Shown here piece by piece: positions 31,033-39,944 of a stretch of 64,000 bases of DNA. Positions within the stretch are counted from its first letter, which is position 1. Each line of letters begins with the position of its first letter. The notes beneath the pieces are model-generated. The model saw nothing but the letters and a program-made list of their open reading frames with translations, did no database searches and was not told where the DNA came from. The translations under genes and the position numbers were made by a program. Source of the stretch: an uncultured Trueperaceae bacterium (lineage in GTDB: Bacteria > Deinococcota > Deinococci > Deinococcales > Trueperaceae); the NCBI GenBank assembly GCA_963727505.1, contig CAVSGP010000014.1, positions 32,001 through 96,000 on the forward strand, read 5' to 3'.

Positions 31033-31721
31033 TGTTCGGCATCCACTGGGACCTCAGTTCCAACTGGGCGTTCGCAGTGTCCATCATCCCCATCCTGCTG
31101 CGCGGCATGATCATCACCGTCGAGGCCACGGCGCTCGGCTTCCTGGTCGCGTTGCTGCTCGGCATGGTCTTCGCGTTGTTGCGGGCCGTTCCGCTCAAGA
31201 TCGTGTCCTGGCCGGTGGCCTTCATCATCGAGTTCGTGCGCGACACGCCGCTGCTGGTGCAGCTCTACTTCCTCTATTTCGTGCTGCCCAATTACGGCAT
31301 CGTGCTGCCGGCCTTCATGACCGGCGCCATCGCGCTGGGCGTGCAGTACAGCGCCTACACCTCGGAGGTGTACCGGGCCGGGCTCGAGGCCGTGCCTCGC
31401 GGGCAGTGGGAAGCGTCGCTGGCGCTCAACATGCCCACCTGGCTGGTGTACCGCGACGTGGTGGTGCCCCAGGCCGTCCCGCGCGTGATCCCTGCGCTCG
31501 GCAACTACCTGGTGTCGATGCTCAAGGACACACCTATCCTGTCGGCCGTGACGGTGCTGGAGATGCTGAACCTGGCGACCATCATCGGGGACCGTACCTT
31601 CCGCTACCTGGTCCCGCTGTCGATGGTGGGTGGCCTGTTCCTGCTCCTGACCATCTTCAGCTCCTGGCTGGTGCGGGTGCTCGAGCGGCGGATGCCCAAC
31701 GACGGCATCCCGCTGCGCTAG
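31029..31721 (+). CDS. ehuD: Ectoine ABC transporter permease
   Basis: EFVRDTPLLVQ, YTSEVYRAG and LGNYLVSMLKDTP motifs. Confidence 0.88.
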   Translation: MMFGIHWDLSSNWAFAVSIIPILLRGMIITVEATALGFLVALLLGMVFALLRAVPLKIVSWPVAFIIEFVRDTPLLVQLYFLYFVLPNYGIVLPAFMTGAIALGVQYSAYTSEVYRAGLEAVPRGQWEASLALNMPTWLVYRDVVVPQAVPRVIPALGNYLVSMLKDTPILSAVTVLEMLNLATIIGDRTFRYLVPLSMVGGLFLLLTIFSSWLVRVLERRMPNDGIPLR

Positions 31722-31730
31722 GCGCAAGGA

Positions 31731-32756
31731 GTGGACCGACCCACGCTCCGCGACGTCTACGTGGCCGCCCGCGCCATGGCGGGCGTGGTGCGGCGCACGC
31801 CGCTGGTCGAGAGCGCAGCGCTGGCGGGCGCGGCCGGCGGCCCCGTGCACCTGAAGCTGGAGAACCTCCAGCTCACCGGCGCCTTCAAGGCGCGCGGCGC
31901 CACCAACGCCCTGGCCGCGCTCTCCGCCGAGCAGCGCGAACGTGGCGTGATCGCCGTCTCCACCGGTAACCACGGGCGCGCCGTGGCCACGGCGGCGCAG
32001 CGGCTCGGCGTGAGCGCCACCGTGTGCGTATCGGGGCGCGTGCCCGAGGACAAGATCACCGCGTTGCGCGCCACGGGGTGCGAGCTCGTGATCGCCGGCG
32101 ACAGCCAGGATGACGCCGAGGTGGGCGCCCGGCAGCTCGTCGAGGAACGCGGCCTCACCCTGGTGCACCCCTTCGACGACCCCGCGGTCATCGCGGGACA
32201 GGGCACCATCGGCCTGGAGATCCTGGAGGAGCTGCCGGAGCTCAGGCGTGTCGTGGTTCCGCTGTCGGGAGGCGGCTTGATCGCGGGCGTGGCGCTCGCG
32301 ATCAAGTCGGCCGATCCCACGGTGCGCGTCGTCGGTGTCTCGATGGAGCGGGGCGCTGCCATGGCGCACAGCCTCCGGGCCGGACGTCCGGTGCCCACAC
32401 CCGAGGAGCCCACGCTGGCCGACAGCCTGCAGGGCGGTATCGGCGAGCACAACCGCTACACCCTGATGATGGTGGGCGAGTTGGTCGATGATGTCGTGCT
32501 GGTGAGCGAGGAGGCCATCGCGCGCGCCATGCGCTTCGGCTTCCTGCAGGAGCGGCAGGTGCTGGAGGGCGCCGCGGCCGTGGGCATCGCGGCGCTCCTG
32601 GAGGGCGCGCTGCCCGAGATGGAGGGGCCGACGGCGGTCGTGTGTTCGGGAGGGAACATCGACCCCGAGCGCTTCCTCGCGATCATCGGCGGCGACGCGG
32701 CAGCGGCCGAGGCAGGGGCGGCGCCGGCGGCATCCGGCGGAGAGGGGGCCTCGTGA
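31731..32756 (+). CDS. eutB: Hydroxyectoine utilisation dehydratase (threonine dehydratase family)
   Basis: KLENLQLTGAFKARGA, STGNHG, SGGGL, LADSLQGGIG and SGGNID motifs. Confidence 0.88.
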   Translation: MDRPTLRDVYVAARAMAGVVRRTPLVESAALAGAAGGPVHLKLENLQLTGAFKARGATNALAALSAEQRERGVIAVSTGNHGRAVATAAQRLGVSATVCVSGRVPEDKITALRATGCELVIAGDSQDDAEVGARQLVEERGLTLVHPFDDPAVIAGQGTIGLEILEELPELRRVVVPLSGGGLIAGVALAIKSADPTVRVVGVSMERGAAMAHSLRAGRPVPTPEEPTLADSLQGGIGEHNRYTLMMVGELVDDVVLVSEEAIARAMRFGFLQERQVLEGAAAVGIAALLEGALPEMEGPTAVVCSGGNIDPERFLAIIGGDAAAAEAGAAPAASGGEGAS

Positions 32757-33793
32757 GCGAGCCCGACCCGAACGAGCCCGACCCGAACGAGCCCGACCCG
32801 AACGAACCTGCCCGGAACGAGCACGCTCCCGTGCAGGTCCTTCGTGAGGACGCCATCCGGGCACGGGTCGGCCTGGACGCCGAGGGGCTCGAGGCGGTAC
32901 GCGAGGCGCTGCGGCGCCTGTCGGCGGGCGACGCCGTGCAGCCGCCGGTGATGCGCATCGACGTGCCCGAGCACCACGGCGAGGTGGACATCAAGGGCGC
33001 CTACATCCGGGGCCTGGACAGCTTCGCGGTGAAGATGTCTTCCGGCTTCTTCGACAACCCCAGGCGTGGCCTGCCGACGTCCAGCGGCCTGATGGTGCTC
33101 CTGGACGCCGAGACCGGCGTGCCACGTGCCGTGCTGCTCGACAACGGCTACCTCACCGACGTGCGCACGGCGCTCGCTGGTGCCGTGGCGGCCGACGCCC
33201 TGGCGCGCGCCGCCATCGACACGGTGGCGGTGCTGGGAGCGGGTGCGCAGGCGCGCTGGCAGCTCCGCGCCCTCATGCTGGTGCGCTCGCCCCGCCGAGC
33301 GCTGGTGTGGGCGCGCAGGCGCGCCGAGGCCGGACGCCTGGCCACGGAGATGACCGAGCAGCTCGGCATACCGGTGGAGGCGGTCGACGAGGCTGAACGG
33401 GCGGTGCGCGAGAGCGACCTCGTCGTGACCACCACGCCGGCCACGGCGCCGATCCTGGAGGCAGCCTGGTTGCGCGCGGGCGTGCATGTCACGGCCATGG
33501 GGTCGGACTCCGAGCACAAGCAGGAGCTCGAGCCCGCCGTGCTGGGTCGCGCCGACGTTGTTGTGAGCGACCGCCGTAGCCAGGGCCTGGCGATCGGCGA
33601 GTTGCGCTCCGCGAAGGCGGCGGGGGTCGACGTGAGCGAGGCGCGGGTCGCCGAGCTGGGGGAGGTGCTCGCCGGCACCCGCGACGGGCGCACCTCGGAG
33701 GACCAGATCACCGTCTGCGACCTCACGGGGACGGGTGTCCAGGACACCGCTATCGCGCGGCTGGCGGCGGCGCGGGCGGCGGCACGCGGTTAG
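32753..33793 (+). CDS. eutC: Cyclodeaminase-family ectoine utilisation protein
   Basis: GFFDNP..GLP, DNGYLTDVRTA, GAGAQA, GSDSEHKQE and DLTGTGVQD motifs; GTGA overlap with eutB. Confidence 0.88.
   Translation: MSEPDPNEPDPNEPDPNEPARNEHAPVQVLREDAIRARVGLDAEGLEAVREALRRLSAGDAVQPPVMRIDVPEHHGEVDIKGAYIRGLDSFAVKMSSGFFDNPRRGLPTSSGLMVLLDAETGVPRAVLLDNGYLTDVRTALAGAVAADALARAAIDTVAVLGAGAQARWQLRALMLVRSPRRALVWARRRAEAGRLATEMTEQLGIPVEAVDEAERAVRESDLVVTTTPATAPILEAAWLRAGVHVTAMGSDSEHKQELEPAVLGRADVVVSDRRSQGLAIGELRSAKAAGVDVSEARVAELGEVLAGTRDGRTSEDQITVCDLTGTGVQDTAIARLAAARAAARG
32759..32818 (+). repeat. In-frame 15-bp tandem repeat GAGCCCGACCCGAAC x3 plus a degenerate unit (EPDPN)
   Basis: Three identical units at 32759, 32774 and 32789 at the eutC N-terminus. 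Confidence 0.93.
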
Positions 33794-33875
33794 CGGCGCG
33801 GCCCCCGCGGCCGCGGGGTGGTCGGCCGGCTCTGGTTTGTTGGCGAGGCCGGGAACGCTGTGCTATGCTCTTACG

Positions 33876-34004
33876 GCTTGACCGTTCAGGCGGACCGTCA
33901 GGCCCCGCCAGCGGCCCACCGGACTGCAATCCCGAAAGGGCCCCCTGTGGGCTGAACGCCGCGATCCCCGCTTCGGCGGAGCGGCGGGTTCCCAAAAGGA
34001 GAAC
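33876..34004 (+). promoter_or_regulatory. Structured 5' leader of the rnpA/rpmH operon
   Basis: TGcTATGCT -10 at 33861-33869. Helices CGTTCAG/CTGAACG, CCCAC/GTGGG, CCC-GAAA-GGG and CCGC-TTCG-GCGG. Confidence 0.55.
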
Positions 34005-34514
34005 GTGAATGAAGCGCACGTACCAACCGAACAAGCGCAAGCGCGCCAAGACACACGGCTTCCGCGTCCGCATGGCGACACCCGGAGGCCGCAACGTCAT
34101 CAAGCGCCGCCGTGCCAAGGGACGCAAACGCCTGTCGGTATCCGATCGCTGACGCCGGTTCCGGTCCTTCGTTCGCTGAAGGGGGACCGAGCCTTCCAGC
34201 GGCTACGCAAGGGGCGAACGGGTGGCGCGAAGCATCTCAGTCTGCGTTGGCGTCCTGCACAGCACGGTGAGGTGCGGGTGGGCATCGTGGTGAGTGGCAA
34301 GGTGGGCAAGGCGGTCGTTCGCAACCGCGTTCGTCGCCGCCTGCGCGAAGCATTGGGTGCGCTGCTGGCCGACGGCGTGCGGCCCGAGGCCTGCCACGCT
34401 GGTGAGGCCTCGTTCGAGCTGGTGGTCATCGCCCGGCCGTCGGCGGCCGAGGTCGGCTACTGGGAGCTGAAGGCCGCCCTGGCGCGAGCCCTGGAGAGGG
34501 CACGGCTCACGTGA
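34005..34514 (+). CDS. rnpA: Ribonuclease P protein component, N-terminally extended and overlapping rpmH
   Basis: [25 protein letters not shown] (RNR motif). The only in-frame ATG/GTG/TTG upstream of the conserved domain is GTG 34005. Confidence 0.88.
   Translation: MNEAHVPTEQAQARQDTRLPRPHGDTRRPQRHQAPPCQGTQTPVGIRSLTPVPVLRSLKGDRAFQRLRKGRTGGAKHLSLRWRPAQHGEVRVGIVVSGKVGKAVVRNRVRRRLREALGALLADGVRPEACHAGEASFELVVIARPSAAEVGYWELKAALARALERARLT
34009..34152 (+). CDS. rpmH: 50S ribosomal protein L34 (missing from the ORF track)
   Basis: [55 protein letters not shown]. Confidence 0.97.
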   Translation: MKRTYQPNKRKRAKTHGFRVRMATPGGRNVIKRRRAKGRKRLSVSDR

Positions 34515-34870
34515 GTCGCCTCGCCCGCCGCTTGCTGACGGCGCCGATCCGCTTCTACCGGCGCTTTCTCTCGCCGCTGAAGGGGCCGCCGAGCTGTCGC
34601 TTCCATCCCACCTGCAGCGCCTACGCCATCGAGGCGATCGAGGTGCACGGCGTCTTCAAGGGTAGCTACCTGGCCGTGCGCCGCGTGCTGAAGTGCCACC
34701 CACTGCACCCCGGCGGGCTCGACCCTGTGCCGCCACGATCGCAGGCGCGTCCTGCCCGACGACGGCGCGACGCCGCGAGCATCCCCCCTCAGTTGTCGTC
34801 CGTCCCCCGGGCGGACGGGCTCGATGGGCCGGGACGGCCGCGTACGGAGACCCCCACGGAGGCATCTTGA
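34511..34870 (+). CDS. yidD: Membrane protein insertion efficiency factor
   Basis: [11 protein letters not shown] and [17 protein letters not shown] motifs. Confidence 0.95.
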   Translation: MSRLARRLLTAPIRFYRRFLSPLKGPPSCRFHPTCSAYAIEAIEVHGVFKGSYLAVRRVLKCHPLHPGGLDPVPPRSQARPARRRRDAASIPPQLSSVPRADGLDGPGRPRTETPTEAS

Positions 34871-36480
34871 AGACCGCTCGCACTCTGACCCTGGCGCTGC
34901 TCCTGCTCGCGGCGCTCGTTTCCGGCGTCGCGCAAGCCCGCATCGTCTTCGGCGCCAACGACTTCAACGTCTCCGACTTCAAGAACTTCGACAAGGTGAC
35001 GGCCACCTGCAAGTCGGCCGATCCATCCTTCCTGTGCCGCCTCCAGGACGGGACTCTCACCCGCATCCCCACCAAGGGCGTCGATCTGTTCTTCGACGAT
35101 GCCGGCGAGCTGGTGGCGGCGTACGCCAAGGCGCAGAAGGGGCAGACCTACAACGACTACCCCATCGATCGCCGGCAGAACCTGATCCCGTTCGAGTCGA
35201 GCGTTCCCGGCGGAGCGGTGTTCATCGATGGGTCCTACCGCGTACCGCAGGAAGCCAGCGGGGGCTGGCAGCGCGCCAGCAAGATCGAGCTGGTGGGCAC
35301 CTTCCACTTCCGCGCCGGCGACTACCAGGTGGAGCGGGTGGTCACGGTCAGCGCGATCCGGGAGCACGTCAACGTCAAGGTGAGCGTGCAGCCCGCGAAG
35401 GGTGCTTCCGCCGCCTCGGGCGCAGCGGCATCGGGAAGCGCCGGCGGGGCTTCGGGAGCCGCGGGGGGCGCCTCGAGCGGAAGCGCGCAGCCGACGGTGG
35501 CGCTCGTCACCCCCGGGATCGGCCGCACCGGCAGCCCGGTGGTCAAGATCGGTCACGGTTCCGACTTCACGCTCTCACCACCGGTCGGCAAGAGCTACGC
35601 CGACCCGACCTATGCAGCGCTGCAGAACAACAACAACAACAACGGCGATGCCATCGTGCTGCGTCCGGCCCAGGGCGCGGAGAACGTTCAGGCCGAGTTC
35701 CTGCAACCCGATCGCGTGGCTCTCGTGAAGCCGCTGGGAACCGACGGACAGGCCTCGTTCCAGACCGAGTACTACACCGGTAGGAACGAGCTGGTGCGCT
35801 ACTACCAGGAGGGCTATCTCGGCCTTCCCGGCCTGTTCCGCCCCAACATCCTGGGACGTCTCTCGCTCTACATCGTCCAGCTGCTGGTCTTCATCCACGA
35901 GTACGTGGGCAGCTGGGGCCTCGCCATCATCGTTCTGACGCTCATCTTCAGGGCTCTGATCTGGCCGCTGATCGCCACGCAGACGAAGTCGATGTTCGGC
36001 ATGCAGAAGCTCCAGCCGAAGATCAAGGAGCTGCAGTCCAAGTACAAGGACGACCGCGAGAAGCTGACGCAGGAGACCATGAAGCTGTACCAGGAGGCGG
36101 GCGTGAACCCCGCCGGGGGCTGCCTGCCGATCCTGTTGCAGATGCCGCTGTTCATCATCCTTTGGCGCGTGTTCGTCAACTTCGAGTTCAACCAGGGGTT
36201 CTTGTGGTTGCCCGACCTCGGGCAGTCCGACCCCTTCTACATCCTGCCTGTGCTGTACGTCCTCGTGATGCTGGCGACCTCCTACTTCTCGGCCCGCGGC
36301 AACCCCCAGACGCTGCGGCAGTCGATGTTCATCAACTTGATCTTCGTCTTCATCATCATCAACTTCCCCGCCGGGGTGCTGCTGTACTATGTGGTATCCA
36401 TGCTGGTACAGGTATTCCAGTACTGGCTGCTGAGCCGCGGCCAACCCGCGGCGGTGGTGCCCGCCAAGCGGGCGAAGTGA
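34867..36480 (+). CDS. yidC: Membrane protein insertase
   Basis: [21 protein letters not shown] and [16 protein letters not shown] motifs. TTG start at 34867 follows GGAGG. Confidence 0.93.
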   Translation: MKTARTLTLALLLLAALVSGVAQARIVFGANDFNVSDFKNFDKVTATCKSADPSFLCRLQDGTLTRIPTKGVDLFFDDAGELVAAYAKAQKGQTYNDYPIDRRQNLIPFESSVPGGAVFIDGSYRVPQEASGGWQRASKIELVGTFHFRAGDYQVERVVTVSAIREHVNVKVSVQPAKGASAASGAAASGSAGGASGAAGGASSGSAQPTVALVTPGIGRTGSPVVKIGHGSDFTLSPPVGKSYADPTYAALQNNNNNNGDAIVLRPAQGAENVQAEFLQPDRVALVKPLGTDGQASFQTEYYTGRNELVRYYQEGYLGLPGLFRPNILGRLSLYIVQLLVFIHEYVGSWGLAIIVLTLIFRALIWPLIATQTKSMFGMQKLQPKIKELQSKYKDDREKLTQETMKLYQEAGVNPAGGCLPILLQMPLFIILWRVFVNFEFNQGFLWLPDLGQSDPFYILPVLYVLVMLATSYFSARGNPQTLRQSMFINLIFVFIIINFPAGVLLYYVVSMLVQVFQYWLLSRGQPAAVVPAKRAK

Positions 36481-36487
36481 GGCATCG

Positions 36488-37081
36488 ATGGACGACCGCG
36501 ATCTCGACAGGTACCTAGAGGACCTCGGCATCAACATGGAGGAGGAGGACGTCCAAGAGGCGCTCCTCCCAGACGAAGACGATGACGGCTACGAGGTTCC
36601 CCTCGCTGTTCCCGCCGCCCCCCTCGAGGGTAGCCCCCGGGAGCGCTGCGAGGCGTTCCTGGTCGACCTCCTGCTCAATTTCGACCCGACCTACGCGGTC
36701 GAGGTGGACGAGGTGGACGATGAGGAGCTGCGCGTCGAGATCTACGGAGGCGATCCCGGCAAGGTGATCGGGCGCGCGGGCCGCACGCTGGCGGCGCTCG
36801 AGTACATCACCAATGCCGTCATCAATCGCGATGAGGGCTCGCGTGTACGCGTGTCGGTCGACGTCGGCGGCTACAAGCGCCGGCGCGACGAGCGCCTGCG
36901 TGGCGAGGCCCGCAAGGCCGCGGGGCGTGTCCGCAAGACCGGCCGCCCGGTGGAACTCGAGGCCATGAGCGCGGCCGAGCGCCGCGTGGTGCACATGGCG
37001 CTCGCCGACGATCCCGACATCGTGAGCGAGTCTTCCGGAGAGGGCAAGAACCGACACGTGGTGGTGAAGCCCGCGCCCTAG
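36488..37081 (+). CDS. jag: Jag/EloR RNA-binding protein (KH + R3H)
   Basis: KVIGRAGRTLAALEY, DVGGYKRRR and MSAAERRVVH motifs. Confidence 0.92.
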   Translation: MDDRDLDRYLEDLGINMEEEDVQEALLPDEDDDGYEVPLAVPAAPLEGSPRERCEAFLVDLLLNFDPTYAVEVDEVDDEELRVEIYGGDPGKVIGRAGRTLAALEYITNAVINRDEGSRVRVSVDVGGYKRRRDERLRGEARKAAGRVRKTGRPVELEAMSAAERRVVHMALADDPDIVSESSGEGKNRHVVVKPAP

Positions 37082-37098
37082 GCGGCGTAGGATGGGCC

Positions 37099-38049
37099 AT
37101 GCTTGAACGCATCCGCGGCGCCTGCGCGCGGGTGGCGGGCCGGGCGCGCTACGTCCGCGTCGTGAGCGACGTCGAGGACTACCTGGCGACGTTCGACCGG
37201 TCTACGCTGAGCCGGCCCCGATACGACACCGACCATCACTTCCTAGGCGACCCCGAAGCCACGGTGGCCTTCGTGTTGGTGTGCGACACGATCAACTTCG
37301 GGTCGGGCTACTTCCCCCGACTGCAGCTCCCGCCCGGGACCTCGGGCTATGTCGCCGTGGCAAGCGCGTTGACGCGCTGGTTCGAGGAGGCGGGGCCTCC
37401 GTCGCCCGAGGCGCTGACACGGCTCGACGCCGTGGCCGTGGCCGAGGTGCTCGGGCAGGATCTCAAGGATCCCCTACGTTCGGAGCTCATGCACCTGTAC
37501 GCCGCTGCGCTCGCGGAGCTCGGCGCCTACGTCACGGCGCGCTTTGCGGGACGCTTCGAGGTCCTGGTGGCTGCGGCGTCGCACAGCGCCGAGCGCCTTG
37601 CAGCGCTCCTGACGGAGATGCCCTTCTTCCGCGACGTGTGGCGCTACGGCGCGCTGGAGGTGCCGCTGTACAAGAGGGCGCAGATCACCGCGTCCGACCT
37701 GTCCCTGGCGCTCGACGGCGAAGGCTACGGTGCGTTCACCGACCTGGACAGACTCACGATCTTCGCCGACAACGTCGTGCCGCACGTGCTTCGCGCCGAC
37801 GGGGTGCTCGAGTACGACCCCGCGCTGGCCCGGCGCATCGAGGCGGGGGAGCGTCTCGAGGCCGGCTCACCCGAGGAGATCGAGGTGCGCGCGGTGGCAC
37901 TGCACGCCGTCGAGCGCCTGACAGCCGCCGCGCGGCGCCGCGGTTGGGCGGTGTGCGCGCGTGAGTTCGACGTGGCGTTGTGGCAACGCGGCCAGCGTCC
38001 GCCCTACACCGGGCAGCCGCCGCACCGCACCCTCACGACCGCCTATTGA
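37099..38049 (+). CDS. Queuosine salvage protein (DUF2419/Qng1 family)
   Basis: DTINFGSG, YKRAQITASDL, LTIFADNVVPHVL, EIEVRA and C-terminal HRTLTTAY motifs. Confidence 0.85.
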   Translation: MLERIRGACARVAGRARYVRVVSDVEDYLATFDRSTLSRPRYDTDHHFLGDPEATVAFVLVCDTINFGSGYFPRLQLPPGTSGYVAVASALTRWFEEAGPPSPEALTRLDAVAVAEVLGQDLKDPLRSELMHLYAAALAELGAYVTARFAGRFEVLVAAASHSAERLAALLTEMPFFRDVWRYGALEVPLYKRAQITASDLSLALDGEGYGAFTDLDRLTIFADNVVPHVLRADGVLEYDPALARRIEAGERLEAGSPEEIEVRAVALHAVERLTAAARRRGWAVCAREFDVALWQRGQRPPYTGQPPHRTLTTAY

Positions 38050-39944
38050 CCGGCGTCTCCCAGCACCAGGTAGCGCCAACCCAGCGGCGGCAGGTCGACC
38101 TCTCCCCGGTAGCGCGTGTGCGTCACGGCGTCGGTCCAGCCGCCCGGGGGCAGTTCGAGAGCGGCCGGCGCCGCGCCGCTGTTGAAGGCCGCCAGCACGC
38201 GCCCGGTGCCCGGATCCCCGCGGAAGAACGCGAGGACCGACCCCTGACCCCGGTAGGCGATCCACAGCGGGCTTGCGAGGGCCGGCAGTGCGGCCTTGAG
38301 GTTGCCCAGGCGGGCATAGTGCGCCTGCATGCCGGGGTTGCAGGACCCCCACTGCACCGGGTAGCGCTCGAAGTCGCCCACCTTCTGCCCGAGTTGCGCA
38401 CACTCGTCCCCCTGGAAGGTGACCGGCATGCCCGGCATGGCGTAGAGCAGCGCGGAGGCCAGGCGCAGCCGTGCGAGGGCCGTCGGGGGCGGCGTGGCGC
38501 CCCAGTCTCCTCCGCCGAGCTCGGTGAGAAGGCGGCCGGTGTCGTGCGAGTCGATGACGTTGAAGCCCATGGCAGCGACGGCCGTGGGATAGCGCATGGT
38601 CAGGTCGCTGAGCTGCGCCAGGGCCCACCGTCCCCCGAACAGCGGGGAGGCGCCCTTGGCGTACTTGAGCAGCACGTCCCGTCCGAGAGCGTAGTTCATC
38701 AGGCTATCGAACTGATCTCCCTGCAACCAGCTGGCGTCTGCGGTCCAGATCTCGCCGACCAGATAGGCACCGGGTCGCAGCGTCTTGACCGTGCGCCGCA
38801 ACGCACGCACGAAGCCGTGACCGTCGACGAGCGCGTTGGGCGCGTCCACGCGGAGGCCGTCGAACCCGACCGTGAGCCAGTAGCGCGCGACCTCGAGGAG
38901 GTAGCGCTCCACGCCCGGGTCGCTGAGGTTGAGTTGCGGCAGGCTGGCGACCCCCGACCAGCTCGCGTACGCAGAGGCGTCGCCGGGTTCGAACGGCCAG
39001 TGACGGACGACATACCAGTTCCAGTAGGGGGAGTTGGGACCGTAGCGCACCACGTTCCGGAATGCCCAGAACCCCAGGCCGGTGTGGTCCGGCACGAAGT
39101 CGAACAGCACGCGCATTCCCAGGGCGTGTGCACGGGCCAGGAGACGCCGCAGGGTCGTGAGGTCGCCGAGGTGGGGAGCAACCTCGAGGAAGCTGCTGGC
39201 GTCGTAGCCGTGGGCCGAGCCGGCGTCCACGATGGGGTTGAGGTAGAGCACGTTCACTCCCTCGGCGGCCAGGTAGGGGAGTTTGTCCAAGATGCCCTGC
39301 AGGTCGCCTCCGTAGTAGGCGTGGCAGCACAGGCTGTCGGGCGGTGGCGCGGACCAGGAGGGAAGCACGACAGGCGGCGGGCCGCTCCAACGGGGATCGA
39401 CGTTGAACTCGTCGCTGGCGAGGGCCAGCGCATCGTTGCCGGGATCGCTGTTGAAGAAGCGGTCGGGGAAGATCTGGTAGCCGATCCCGTGCCCGACCCA
39501 GGGCAGGGCCGCGGGCACGGAGGCGGGAACCTCGAAGGGGCCGACAGCGATGCGGCCGCCGGACGTCGGCGTGAGCTCGATCCGGTAGCGGCGCAACGCG
39601 ACCGGAAGGGCTGCGATCCAGGCCGTGTGCCCACGCGCCTGCGCCTGACGCGCCATCGCCACGGGCGCACCGCGCACGGACCCGTCGCTCAGGTCCTGCA
39701 CGGAGGCCGCTGCCAGCGTGTCGGCATCGACACGGATGCGCAGGTACAGGTGGCCGTCGGCGAGCGAGAGGTCGGCGGGGTCCGTCGGATCGTGCCCGAA
39801 CCCCAGCGCGGCCGCGGCGGGAGGCGTCGCGGCCGCGGCCCGGGAGAATGCGGCCGCACCCACCAGGAGCGTCGCCAGCAGGAGGGCCAGGTACACGGGG
39901 CGCGGCCCCTGCTGGACGGTCGAGGGCCTGAAGCGGGGCATCAC
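38043..39944 (-). CDS. Secreted GH13 pullulan/maltodextrin hydrolase
   Basis: Signal peptide; YQIFPDRF, GGDLQG, DFVPDH, DGLRVDAP, VGEIW and DSHDT motifs. Confidence 0.9.
   Translation of the reverse strand: MMPRFRPSTVQQGPRPVYLALLLATLLVGAAAFSRAAAATPPAAAALGFGHDPTDPADLSLADGHLYLRIRVDADTLAAASVQDLSDGSVRGAPVAMARQAQARGHTAWIAALPVALRRYRIELTPTSGGRIAVGPFEVPASVPAALPWVGHGIGYQIFPDRFFNSDPGNDALALASDEFNVDPRWSGPPPVVLPSWSAPPPDSLCCHAYYGGDLQGILDKLPYLAAEGVNVLYLNPIVDAGSAHGYDASSFLEVAPHLGDLTTLRRLLARAHALGMRVLFDFVPDHTGLGFWAFRNVVRYGPNSPYWNWYVVRHWPFEPGDASAYASWSGVASLPQLNLSDPGVERYLLEVARYWLTVGFDGLRVDAPNALVDGHGFVRALRRTVKTLRPGAYLVGEIWTADASWLQGDQFDSLMNYALGRDVLLKYAKGASPLFGGRWALAQLSDLTMRYPTAVAAMGFNVIDSHDTGRLLTELGGGDWGATPPPTALARLRLASALLYAMPGMPVTFQGDECAQLGQKVGDFERYPVQWGSCNPGMQAHYARLGNLKAALPALASPLWIAYRGQGSVLAFFRGDPGTGRVLAAFNSGAAPAALELPPGGWTDAVTHTRYRGEVDLPPLGWRYLVLGDAGQ

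Noticed and set aside
22398..33840. Ectoine cluster as a mobile genomic island
   Set aside because: There is no integrase, transposase, tRNA target or flanking direct repeat, and composition is broadly host-like; older horizontal transfer remains possible but is not shown.
33794..34004. oriC next to rpmH
   Set aside because: There is no dnaA, no TTATCCACA-like boxes and no AT-rich unwinding element; the upstream gene is eutC.
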